The notes under the pieces: generated by a model
Told to the model about the DNA's origin: nothing
What the model saw: the letters and a program-made list of their open reading frames with translations, nothing else
Database searches by the model: none
Shown: one piece after another, positions 52,739 through 64,000 of the stretch
How positions within the stretch are numbered: the first letter of the stretch is position 1
How the letters are laid out: every line of letters starts with the position of its first letter
Source: Octopus vulgaris
Lineage: Eukaryota
Assembly (NCBI GenBank): GCA_951406725.2
Contig: OX597816.1
Coordinates: 127,968,001-128,032,000 of the forward strand
Length of the DNA: 64,000 bases
Reading direction: 5' to 3'
Made by a program: the position numbers and the translations under genes

Positions 52739-53027
52739 ATAATAACAGCTTACAGCTGATGCCATCAGGAAATGTATTTGTGGAACGTTTAAACAGTATC
52801 AAGGAACTAGAGACCACAATGTATGTTACAAATAATCAACAAGCCATGGATTTCATTTGGAAAAGAGAATCAGGGCTTCAAGTAAAAGCTAGTATAACTG
52901 ATGTGTTTTTGGTCCCAGAATATGTAGATATTGACCATTCTGATGACAATCAATATTTTTTGCAGAGTGTTTTTGTACACAGCGAACTGAAACAGACATT
53001 TCGGAATATCTTAAAGAGTTACTGTAG
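52739..53027 (+). CDS. Coding exon G: unassigned extracellular domain
   Basis: cttctttacag|AT...TGTAG|gtaggt; 289 bp, phase 1-2. (D)NNSLQLMPSGNVFVERLNSIKELETTMYVTNNQQAMDFIWKRESGLQVKASITDVFLVPEYVDIDHSDDNQYFLQSVFVHSELKQTFRNILKSYC. Confidence 0.92.
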
Positions 53028-56000
53028 GTAGGTTACTGTTATTATTTTTCTTTCTACTCGAATTAGCTAAAGTAAATTCAGGTTGTTAGAAAAGTATTTC
53101 TGAATACTTTTCATATTATTAACAGTTCAAAACTAATTATGGCATGTATTGAAATATTTCAGTTTCTATAACATTTTATAATTGATTAAAACATAAAAAC
53201 TTATTCTAAATTCAACTCCTTATGTGGCAACAATTATCTGCTATAGCTTGGCATCCTATCCAAGAAAATATTTGTTTTCTCATTCTCTTAACAGGGATAA
53301 AACACTGTTCCAGCAAACTCTGAATGTCCATAAAATGATTAACTTAAATTTCTGCTGACTTCTGCCTCACAATGATTAATCCCTTTTCTTTCATATTAAA
53401 TTCAAGTTGGAGATTAGGGAGGAATATTAATATATTTCTTAACCATTTCCTTTTTATATATTTACTTTAATTTTGAAATTTAATCAATTTTATTATATTT
53501 AACAGTTTGTGATTTTCTTAAACAGAGTGTAAACTTTTCTCAATAATTTGCATTAAGTAATATTATTTCCCTATAAAAGAAATTTCCATATTCCATACTT
53601 GTTTTATTTAAAGATTGCTTTTCAACATAACAATTCGGAAGTTATAAAACTGAGAGTTCTGATACTTTAAGGAGAAATTTTGTTATTGAAAAGTACAAGC
53701 AAAATATTTGGTGTTAAAAAGGATTTAAAACTTCTTAAATACTAAATGTGCCATACTTATTATTATTATTTTATTTATTTATTTTGTAAATATTCAGTCT
53801 AGGAAAAAATGTAAAACTACTCAATTGTTTTACCAAATTTGTTAGTTCTAGCATGAAAAGTAAAAGCATTGAAGAAAAGCAAATCTATTTAACTATAAAA
53901 AAAAAAAATTCAGATATGAAAAAAATAACTGCTTCTTAGATTATTTAATACACACATTTTGAGAAATCAATTATAATTGTATGCTTCTGTGCTACTGCTT
54001 TCTGCACTATTGGTTCCCTTGGCATTCAAACCACCATCCTGAAATGATGTGCTGCAATTTGGCTTTTATCTTTATCAGATTATATAATTTTTCCTCCCCG
54101 CAAAAAAAAACATTACCCCAGATCTGTAAAGATAGGTTAGTCCCCTCAGGATTTCACTTTTCTATAGTATTTTCTCTCCTCTATTTTCCGATTCTATACT
54201 CCTATGCTACATAATCTGCTTGCTCCTTGCTCTGAAGAATTTTAACTAAAATAGAATTATCAATTTGACAGCACCAAAGTGTTCAGTTAAGTCTAACATG
54301 AAAATACTGTAGCTGAACACTCAGCCTACAGAGTATACTTTAACTTAATCATATGATTAACATCTTTCTCAGTACAATGTACATTTAAGCAAAGCTCTCA
54401 CTAACCTCTCACTAATATTCTCCTTTTACTCTAATGACCATTTCTTTAATCATACCAACCTTTCAGCCACTTCAGCTGATGCTAGCCACCACCCTATCTC
54501 TTTCCAGTAATAATCAATACCTATATGCAAACTTCGGATATCTTAAACATTATTATTCAAGACTTGCAACACTTTCCTAAATTAGTTTCCAACATAACAT
54601 TTAAAGATACAGAAGCATAAATTATTTTTTGCCATCAGCTCCCCATCATGCTTTCCCCTGTCCCCTTCTGTATATACCATGGTATATACATAGCCTTTCT
54701 CTTTCCAAGTACTTGATTTCTGTAGAATATCCTTCTAAATGAAATTTCTCTCTTAAATATTGCACAACAATTAAAACTAAACAGTGCTCATCACACAGCA
54801 TTTTTCACATACTTTAAGATCTCTATTGCCTTTTTGCAGCCAAGAAAAATAATGAAAGATAGTACCTAAAAATATGCAGAATTTTGTTTTCCATTGAGCT
54901 TGGGTGAATCCAACCATGGATGCAGATCTCAGTAGAAGTTGCAAATACTTTATAGATTGATAGACTGACATATAGATATCTTTCTTTTTACTTAGATTTT
55001 ATACAGTCTGTTCTTTAAACATAAGCTTTGCCCATCCATACTACTTGTGAACAAAATATTTTATTCACAAACTTTCTTCATAAACTACACTACATTATAT
55101 AGTCAATGGCTATACAAGATCAGCTGTGTCAAACACAGATCTAGATTAACATCTCTGCTTATACCATACATATATAAAGATATATTCTAACTGTATTTGT
55201 TTCTGCTACAGATGTACATTGAGCACTCTTACATTTTTATACTTCTAGTGAAACTATCTCTAACTCACCTCTATAGTTTGTAAAGAATATGTAATGTGAT
55301 AGAAAACAAAGCAAAATTTGCTTTAAAATAATAAGAACTAATAGATGCTATATCTGCTTATTTATACATCGGTATACATTTATTGTCTAAAGGTCAGATA
55401 TGTCTGTATTCCTTATTTAGTCATTCTTTTGTTGTGTTCTTATAAAGAGTTACATCAAAAGTGTTTTCAGCTTTCAACTCCTTTGATCATTTAACAGAAT
55501 GCTTTCATTTACAACAGACATTTAACCTCCTATTTATGATGTTCCAATTAATTGTTTAATAATTAAAGATTCTGTTAAGTTTGTGGATTCTTTTTCCCCC
55601 AAATTAGCTGACTTAGAATCACATCTATATTATTTTCTCTTAGAAATAATGTCTTTGGAAAAAATGTTAAAATTATAAACATCTCCAATAAAGCAACTAG
55701 ATAAATTGAAATAATTAATATTTATTTAAGTAAATATATTCAGAATTGCATGTTTCTCAAATTTTAATTTAACTTTTGTGTTCACTAAACAACCTCTACT
55801 AGTTTTAGCTCACTTAACATTTATCAAAAGACATCTATTAATTTCTTTAGAGTATTTGAATTGTAGGTTGGCATTTAATGTCATATAAAAGATTAATTTT
55901 TTATTAAAAAGGTTTAACTCAGAATTAAAAATGATTTATCAAATAAATTTATTTTCATTCATAAAATGTTTCTAGAAAGTTACACTTCTTTATTGATTGT

Positions 56001-56241
56001 TGGTGAAATTATTTCAAACAATTTATCACTTCAAAATAATAATTTGAAGAATGATATCTGTATATCTATATTTCTATTTATCATTTATCAGTAGATAAGA
56101 ACCCTACAAAATCAGAAATGATTTTTGACAACAAAACAACAATATTAAACAGCAAATAGCTTTTCTGTCTTAATCAGCTGATGAGTAAAGATGTTTTAGT
56201 TTTATCACTTTTAACTGAATATATTTTCTTTTTTTTTTAAG

Positions 56242-56419
56242 GCATCCGCTGCCAGATTATTATAATATGATTCTGGAAGTTCATCCCAATCGAAGTACTA
56301 ATGCTACAGTAGTTATATGTGACTCCAAAAATCCTGCAGTACCACAATGTCCTAAGTCTTATAGTGATGGTCAGAAATATATCAAACGATCTACGAATAA
56401 TGTTTGTCCGAAATTAAAG
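56242..56419 (+). CDS. Coding exon H
   Basis: ttttcttttttttttaag|G...AAG|gtaaaa; 178 bp, phase 2-0, matching the phase-2 end of exon G. (R)HPLPDYYNMILEVHPNRSTNATVVICDSKNPAVPQCPKSYSDGQKYIKRSTNNVCPKLK. Confidence 0.9.
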
Positions 56420-57334
56420 GTAAAAATTACTTGTTTATTACTAATCTCATATTTTGTTACTATTTCTGTGCTGTAATTAAATTCCCTGTCCCATTCTCTA
56501 TAACAGATATCTTTTTTAAGGACTGTAGTAATCAATACTTTGCAACAGTAAATTTAAACTAGTTACCAACAACAATACATTTTAGATATAGTTTGAAGGG
56601 CTTTCTTTATTATTTACTTATTTGATAGAAGTCATTAAATTGACTCACCACTGTATTCAATTTTGTTTCTGGTGAGATGCTGAATGTTAGAAATAGAAGC
56701 TAAGTTCATCTACATCACGCATTATCATCTTGAAAAGGAAAGATACATTAGATAAACCAATCTTTTGTATGCAAAATGATAGTCATTAAGAAGTGGAACA
56801 CCTTCATCATAGGTCTGCTTAATTAGGACTAACCCAGGGCTAAACAACAATAGCATTGTACTTTTGACACAATCATCACTGTTCTCATCATTTAATGTCC
56901 ACTTTTTTATGTTTGCATGGGTCAAATAAAATTTGTTGAGACAAATTTTCTACTGTTAAATGCCTTTTCTATTACCAATTATCACTTGTTTCCAAGAAAT
57001 GGTGAAGAATTTGTTGATATTGGACAATGTCTTCACAACTTTCTGTAAAGAAGTTTTTTAATGGTGAGGCCTGTGAAAAGTTTTTGACTTGAGAATTTTT
57101 ACTAAATAAAAATAATGCTTTAGCATTGCATTTACAGTTGCATATCTGATGTGATATCATCCCAATCCTTTTAATAGGTTTTTACAATTAAACTTCATTT
57201 AATCTAATAGCATCTTTAAGCTAAAATTAATTCTTTATCTGATTTTATGCAGATATGAATTATTAGATCTCTTCAAATTGCCCTCTCAGTACATGCGTTT
57301 CCCTCAACTTTTGTTTCTGTTTTTATTTCTGTAT

Positions 57335-57640
57335 TCATCATCATCATCACACATCTGCTTTCCATGCTGGCATAGGTTAGACAGTTTGATTGGAGATGAT
57401 AAGCTGGAGAGCTGCAATAGGCTCCAGTCTTGTTTTGGCTTGATTTCTATGGTTGGATGCACTTCCTGATATCAAGCCCTATACAGAGTGTATTGGGTGC
57501 CTTTTACATGTCACTAGCACAGATACCTTTTATGTGTCACCAGCATGGGTGTCTTGTATATGTAACCAGTACACTTAACTTTTACATGTCACTGGTATGG
57601 TTGCTATTCACGTGTTACCAGCACTAAGCCATGACTATGA
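57335..57640 (-). mobile_element. Family C element, inverted, with five tandem ~26-bp internal units
   Basis: (CAT)n tail on the + strand, TTTCCATGCTGGCATAGG, then repeated GGTGCCTTTTACATGTCACTAGCAC-like units. Confidence 0.75.
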
Positions 57641-57863
57641 TATCACATAGCTCAACATATCTTGAAAATTTTGTGTCCACATTTGTTTTACAGTTTGGTT
57701 ATCTTTCATATTCATATTGCATGTCTAATTCTCTTCCTTTAATTTAGCCTGTTTTTTTTGTTGTTTTTTTTTTTCTCACTTCTCTTCACCCTGGTCATTA
57801 ATTGTTTGACTCTGCTGGCATGTACATTCATGAATACCAACGCTTCATGAATTACTCAGTTTC

Positions 57864-57913
<50 letters not shown>

Positions 57914-57914
57914 T

Positions 57915-58045
57915 ATTTATTATATAGAAGGAGCTTCTACAGGACTAGAACTGTTTCATTCAAGAGAAATCTTCAGGAGCTTCCTGAAGATTTCTCTTGA
58001 ATGAAACAGTTCTAGTCCTGTAGAAGCTCCTTCTATATAATAAAT
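57915..58045. repeat. Perfect inverted repeat (64-bp arms, 3-nt spacer); probable inverted terminus of a truncated Penelope-like element
   Basis: 57915-57978 is the exact reverse complement of 57982-58045, with spacer GCT. It is followed by about 70 bp of unique tail, and the unit is flanked by (TA)n on both sides. Confidence 0.92.
57975..58031 (+). ncRNA. Type I hammerhead ribozyme motif (Penelope-like element-associated)
   Basis: AGGAGCTTC-CTGAAGA-T-TTC-TCTT-GAA-T-GAA-ACAG-TTCTAGTC-CTGT-A|GAAGCTCCT. 9-bp stem I, core CUGANGA and GAAA, 3-bp stem II after a U.U pair, 4-bp stem III, GUA triplet with predicted cut after 58022. Confidence 0.75.
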
Positions 58046-58312
58046 TAATTTTACTCTGCTATGTATTGAGTACCTTATTTACTGTGGTTAACCCCGAATC
58101 AACCCGGGACCTACATATATACATATATATATATATCTCCACATAAAGTTATCTATTTATTTACTTTGACTAAGATACTCTCTTAACTTACATTCTACTG
58201 TTCTGGATTCATCCAATATGATTTTAAACAGTTCATCATTCATGAGTTGCTGCATGTGCCCACATTTCATCAACCTTTTGACAGACTGATGCATTACACA
58301 TGTTAATATTTA

Positions 58313-58693
58313 GGCATAGCTATGGTTTTGTAGTCAGAACTTTGCTTTCCAACCACATGGTTTCAGGTTCAGTTCCCTTGCATGATACCTTGGGCAAGTG
58401 CCTTCTACTATCACCCCAGTTTGACCTTAGCCTTATGAGTGGATTTGGTAGACAGAAATTGAAAGTACACACACATAAATTTGAATGTGTATATGTTAAG
58501 TGTCCCCTAATATTCTCAGGCAACATCAGACAATATTCTCAGACAACATCTCTGGCTATGGGGAAATATCACCTTGCTTGGAAATAGTTGAGAGTTGGCA
58601 ACTGCAAAGGCATCCAGCTGTAGAATATCTGCCTCATTAAACACTGCCCAACCCATGAATGTATAGAGAAGTGAACCTTTAAATGATGATGAT
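58313..58693 (+). mobile_element. Old SINE: family-A-like head with family-C-like tail
   Basis: Head GGCATAGCTATGG...GGTTCAGTTCCC...CCTTGGGCAAGT; tail GGCATCCAGCTGTAG...AAATGATGATGA. Confidence 0.75.
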
Positions 58694-61173
58694 ATATATA
58701 TTGCTAACAAAGTTCAGACCATACTGCAGTCACTATGCTATCATTAATTCTATCTCCAAAGCTATTTTGTTTTATGTACATAATGTTTTCTTTTAGAACA
58801 TATGTATTATTCCAACAATGCTTTTAAGCAGTCTTTATTGTTTTTAGTTTATTGTTAGCTGCACAATGTTTGTCGCTCATAAATAGTATTGGTTTCCTCT
58901 TGTTTCCTCATTAGTTACCAGACTATAATTAATAAATTCCAAGATGATCATTCTGTACCACACCTTTCAAAGGTACACAGGGAGTCTCTTTGTTATAAAT
59001 TTAGGTAGGAGTGTTTCAGTCTCTGCCAACATATACCATATATACTTGCTCTGGCTCTATGACTATAACCACTGCTTAGTCTTGTATTAATCTATTTCTA
59101 GGGATTCATTATTGTTTCATTTTTATAACAACATTGCTTGAATAAGTTGTCTGTTTAGAGTTATGATCATCATAAAGTTGACCAGTGATTACAGAGCCAT
59201 GAATAAAGGATTACAGTTTAAACAAAGACACAGGTCTCCAGATAGGCAGACTGATTTAATTTAGAACTACTTCTGAAAGAGGCAAGCTGCCTATGCAAGA
59301 CAAATCAATATTTTCGAATCAGAAAAATCAAGATATTACATGTGAAAGCCATCATGTACTGTTACTACCTGCCCCAAGAATTAATTGTAAAGTGTAATAT
59401 TATCTGATGCGAATTATACATTGCACCTACAACTATAACTATTCTATCTAATGTAAGTAGATTGCTCTGCACTAAAGATGAAATATATAATTAACATATT
59501 AAGCAACATTTCTTTAATCAACTATTCATAATTTAAAATTATACTTCATTCTTTACTTTTGCACTCCTATCTCCTATGGTCTTATTAATCACTTTTGATA
59601 TGTATATATATTTTCTTTTCGAAAATACCCTCTTTCTCCTGTTGTAACTACTCATTCCAGTTATATTGTTTATCTCCACATAATCTCTTCACTCTATCTT
59701 TGTTAATGTACATTATTCAGTAACTATATTTGGTATTTCATTAATAAACTGACAATAATGTAAGCTTTAAATCTTAAGATACATTTCCATTGAATCTGAC
59801 AGATTTCAGCCAATAACTCAGCAGACAGACATAGCTTATTATTATAATTCATAATTTTACTTATTCTCTCAAATCATAGCTTTCAAAAAGTATCTTTGTA
59901 CTGTATGACTTGTGCTGGTAATTTTCATTGCTACTTTTTCTGCTTTATATCAACTGAATACAGTGCTGCATTATATATGTTAGAACCTGGTTATCTGTTT
60001 TAATAAATTTTAAGAATATATGGATTTCTGCAAGACCTTAATGCTATAAATTGTAGCTTTTTGATTCACTTCTTACATTCACTGTGTTCTGTTTCTCAAT
60101 AATTTCTATACTATAAAATCTTGTTTTAACATACTATTGACCTTTTAGTTTTCATTTCAAAGTACCAACACACATGCACATCACTAGTCTCATACCAATT
60201 CATTGAACTTATTTTCAAAAGCATAATGCCAGTGTGTGTGTGTGGTTCAAAAGTTAATTTAAATCCATCAAATGGTTTTACCTTTTTATTACAACTATAC
60301 CAACTGAAGGGTTTTCTATTGGCCATTAGACTGTCATAGTGAAGTAATGTTCTTGAACCTTGGTCTTCAGTGAAATGGTTTAATACAATGACTTTAAAGT
60401 TGTAGTCCAGAACAGTGATCTAGTAGTTTAAATTGTTAATGCTTGTAGTCAATGCAAGATGTGAACCTGTTTTATTTAGACTAAATGTGTTCTGTTGAAA
60501 TTATTCTTTCATTTACTGGTTTTCGTTAAAGTGAAAAGTGTGTTATTGGAAAAATCAATAATTATCAGTGTTGGTTTAACTGTTCAGTGTTATAATCATA
60601 AATCATGTTACAGTCATTTTGTTTTCAACACATTAATTTGATATATTAAATGTAATACTGTTTTAAGTTGTAAAAGCATAGATAAAACTCAAAATTCTTC
60701 AAAAAGATTTATCATTATCTTTGATATTGTCATTAATATCATCCTCATAATAAACTGTGTTTTGCTTTTATCTTTCTTGGTTATTATTGCCAGCAAAGGT
60801 TTAGTATTGTTGTTTTTCCAGATTGTATTTATTTTTATAGATTCTTTTGTAGGCTCTGGCTTTTGCAGGTTAAGTTTTGTTTGTGTGGCTGTGTGTGTGA
60901 AAGAGATAGATCATCATCATGTCATTTGTAAACAGTCTTCTGAAAGTAAAAGTAACTTAATTACACTCCTTTTGTTGATAGGCAAATATTTTAACCATTA
61001 CATTAACTGTCACAACTATTATTTATCAACAAGGGGATTGATACATTACAGAATTATTCTAGAATTCAAATTACTTAAGATATGTGCTTTTGTACATGTT
61101 TCTAAAGACAGAGAAATTTACATGTTGTTAGTAAGTGCAGGGTAACCTTCAGCAGACATATTTTTGTCAAATT

Positions 61174-61409
61174 TAGTGGTGTAGCTAGAGTGTGTGTCAC
61201 CTGGGGGTGGCCCTTCATTTTTCCTGCTCCAAGCCCCCACAAAACATACATATTGCACAGTGACTATATCAATTGTTGCATGTAACAGTGAGTAGTGTCC
61301 GTGTTCCAACATTTAAACCACAATTATTTGATTTCAATACAGACTATATAGGCTTAAAGCCTACAGCAGACTCAAAAGTGGTGCCACACCTCTTTAGCTA
61401 TGCTTGTGG
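61174..61409. mobile_element. Possible old TIR MITE (hAT-like ends)
   Basis: TAGTGGTGTAGCTAGAGTGTGTGTCACC is imperfectly inverted to GGTGCCACACCTCTTTAGCTATGC; no clear target-site duplication. Confidence 0.35.
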
Positions 61410-61752
61410 TAAAATTCTCTTAAGCACTGACAGGATTTCCTTGGTAACAGTTTTTCTATACCTTGTACCTGAAGCTAATCACATCAATAAATTAGACACA
61501 GGCTTCAGTTGATCACCTTGAATTTGTGTCAGACTTCTTTCTAATGCAACAGTTTGATTACATAATGACTCCTTTCATAGTTCTATCATTAAGAATGATG
61601 TTTTGATAGATTACTACTACTGACCCAATTCTTCTGTGATGGTTCATAGATACTCAATATTGTAGTAATGCATTTATATATATTTTAAAAATGCTTTTTG
61701 TGCATCATCTTGCCTCAACTGCTTTAATATGTTATATGTATTATTTTCTTAG

Positions 61753-61939
61753 GGTAAACGTTTGAAGGCACTCTCTCCGGCTGCCAATAGCATTGTTTGT
61801 TTAGATGAGTCCCCACTGTTAACAGCTATATTTGGAATGAAGACAGCAAATGTTACTGAATTAATGTTCCGATCAAGGGAATGTGAAAATTTCACAAAGA
61901 GTTGCCTCTCCTGCATTCAACGAGGCTGCAGAAATTCCA
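61753..61939 (+). CDS. Coding exon I; gene continues beyond the window
   Basis: ttattttcttag|GGT...TCCA|gtaagt; 187 bp, phase 0-1. GKRLKALSPAANSIVCLDESPLLTAIFGMKTANVTELMFRSRECENFTKSCLSCIQRGCRNS. No stop before the donor. Confidence 0.9.
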
Positions 61940-63104
61940 GTAAGTAATCTTCCACTTTTCGTTTTCATTTTTCAATGCTTTCATGTCATTTTCCATTTTT
62001 TACGTCTCAAATTCATAATGCTCCCATAAAGTCTGAAATAGACATTTTATCCAACGTTAATGACATTTTATCTAACTAGTATTCTAGATCTAACTGTTGA
62101 TCAATGTTATAAAATTGTTATTATTGAGTTTTTGAGGATCCTTTAGATTAAAGTATAATGCAAATGAGACCATATGTTTTTGTGTCAGTTATAGGTTTAG
62201 TTATTCAATGTCCAATATAGATTATGAACCATTATGGAGAACAATTGCTTTCAATAATTGTACCTCTACCAATCTCTGCTTTGTTCAAAACACAAATTCC
62301 TGTTTAGAAAATGAAAATCTGAAATATATATCATTCCATTGTTATTCCTTTTAAGAGAATCACGATAATATGAATTTATACATTATAATATCCATCATAG
62401 ATTTTTACATTAACTATCTTCAACTCTCGTGTGGAAATCACTTCAGAAGTCAATATTAATGGTACAATATATTACATATAATGTCAGAATTATGCAAATA
62501 AGGCAAACTACAAGTAACGAACTGTACATGCAGTTGAAAATTATACCTATTCAAATGGTCATATAATTCTGTCTTTCCCAATTGTCTATATTTTGTTAGC
62601 TTTCACTGAGAGTTACTGGCATATTTACTGCTCTGAAAAATTACATACAGTACCTTTTATTTCAAAGTTCACTCTGTATATGAGAGATTTGAATTTCTAG
62701 AGATGTAATCAAGCCTCATTTTTGTGATAAATCAGCTGTTGTTAAAAGTAATAAAAGATAATTAATTCTTTCTCTGAACGATATCAGATTGTATCTGTTT
62801 ATAAATCAATTTCTATATAACTGTATAACTGATTTACTTAAACCAAAGTAGAATTTCTAATTTTAGACATACTTAATTTACAAATCACTGAATGAAAAAA
62901 AAAACACTCTCTTAACTTGACATAACAATTTAAAATTTCAGTTTACAAAAATTATTGTGCAAGTTAGCTTTCACTTATTTCTTAATATTACATGATTAAG
63001 AAACATTTCTAAATTTTTGAAGAATGCATACATTGTTTTAATCTTTTCTATGAAAAAAAAAAAATCTTAGAAAAAGTCCAAAGAACTGATAAATATTTTT
63101 TGGA

Positions 63105-63547
63105 ATTGTGCTTGAGAAGCCAGAGGTGTAATCAGCCCACTTATGTGTACCTTTCCTTCATTGGACACTGCTTGCAAAGACCTGTTGATGCAAGTGAAAT
63201 TGAAATCAAAATCGATGACTGGCATCCGTGCTATTGAAGCACTAAGAGCACCATCCGAGCGTCGCCTTACTGGCACTTATGCCGGTGTGCAGGTGGCACA
63301 TAAAAAATAATACCATTTGGGCGTGGCCATTGTCAGTACCGCCTGACTGGCCCTCATGCCGGTGGCACATAAAAGCACCCACTAAACTCTCGGAGTGGTT
63401 GGCATAAGGAAGGGCATCCAGCTGTAGAAACTCTGCCAGATCAAGGTTGGAGCCTGGTGCAGCCATTTGGTTTGCCAGTCCTCAGTCAAATCATCCAACC
63501 CATGCTAGCATGGAAAGCGGACATTAAACGATGATAATGATGATGAT
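63105..63547 (+). mobile_element. Family C short retroelement with (GAT)n tail (probably RTE-dependent)
   Basis: Shares GGAAGGGCATCCAGCTGTAGAAAC...CCAACCCATGCTAGCATGGAAAGCGGAC-TTAAACGATGA with 46690-46893, 37310-37540 and inverted copies at 17410-17645 and 57335-57640. Confidence 0.85.
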
Positions 63548-64000
63548 TATATTAAACTGTATTAACGTGATGGCAGTAATTGAAGTTCATCATGCACAAA
63601 AATCTACTTTCTAGGTATCCAGTATATTGTTTGTCTCTCAGTATATTTTAACAAAAGCCAAGTTGGTTAAAGTTTCAGAGGTGGAAGTCCTTTATTATGA
63701 TTCTACATTCAATTTTCTTACTGGTCAAATTTAAAAAAAAAAAAAAAAACTTTAATGAGTACACTCATAATTTTTGTATCTTAAATTAATTTATTTCAAT
63801 ACAGTACAGCTTGATTTATGTTTTTTTTTTATTGAGAATTAACTTATTTACAGCATATATTTTTGCTTCAAAACAATAAATCTAGGGAAATAGATCTACT
63901 ACTTTACAGTTTAGAGCAATTGAAAGAAATGAAGCCAGTATGCTTTGCTGGCTGAGCAATGTTAGTGTGCATGTTCAACAAAGCATAAGCATCTTGAGAG

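Noticed and set aside
56110-56220. C/D-box-like words (TGATGA, CTGA) upstream of exon H
   Set aside because: Spacing is too short or the C box poor, there is no convincing terminal stem, and it overlaps the branch-point region.
57490-57626. CRISPR-like array
   Set aside because: Eukaryotic context; diverged tandem units without unique spacers, inside a retroelement.
63330-63400. HDV-like, twister or pistol ribozyme in the family-C element (GGC-CCTCAT-GCC resembles P3/L3)
   Set aside because: The P1.1 GG, P2 partner and catalytic C-R-A segment could not be placed.
1-64000. Most ORFs in the six-frame track (YIYIYI, CVCVCV, THTHTH peptides and SINE-derived ORFs such as 49712-50224, 19566-20018, 46379-46852)
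   Set aside because: They are translations of microsatellites or multicopy SINEs, with no splice context or protein-like composition.

Overview
AT-rich, CpG-poor eukaryotic DNA packed with (TA)n/(CA)n microsatellites, tRNA-headed SINEs, mariner/piggyBac-type relics and LINE fragments; the repeat complement resembles an octopus (coleoid cephalopod) genome (inference from recalled repeat sequences, not checked). Nearly all ORFs in the supplied track are microsatellite or SINE artefacts. One real gene runs on the + strand. Nine GT-AG exons (18198-61939, 1417 nt, about 472 codons) splice in frame without a stop; the gene is open at the 3' end and probably at the 5' end. The product has an unusual layout: cytoplasmic N-terminus, one hydrophobic anchor (type II topology), RRVR furin-type site, EGF domain, two TNFR-like cysteine-rich modules, then a long Cys-containing, N-glycosylation-rich region I cannot assign. 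The introns hold several hammerhead-ribozyme motifs of the kind found in Penelope-like elements. The best is a near-canonical type I hammerhead (57975-58031) inside a perfect 131-bp palindrome; decayed copies lie at about 30126, 31572, 32251, 38163 and 46014, with a Penelope-type GIY-YIG remnant nearby. All calls are by eye; no searches were run.
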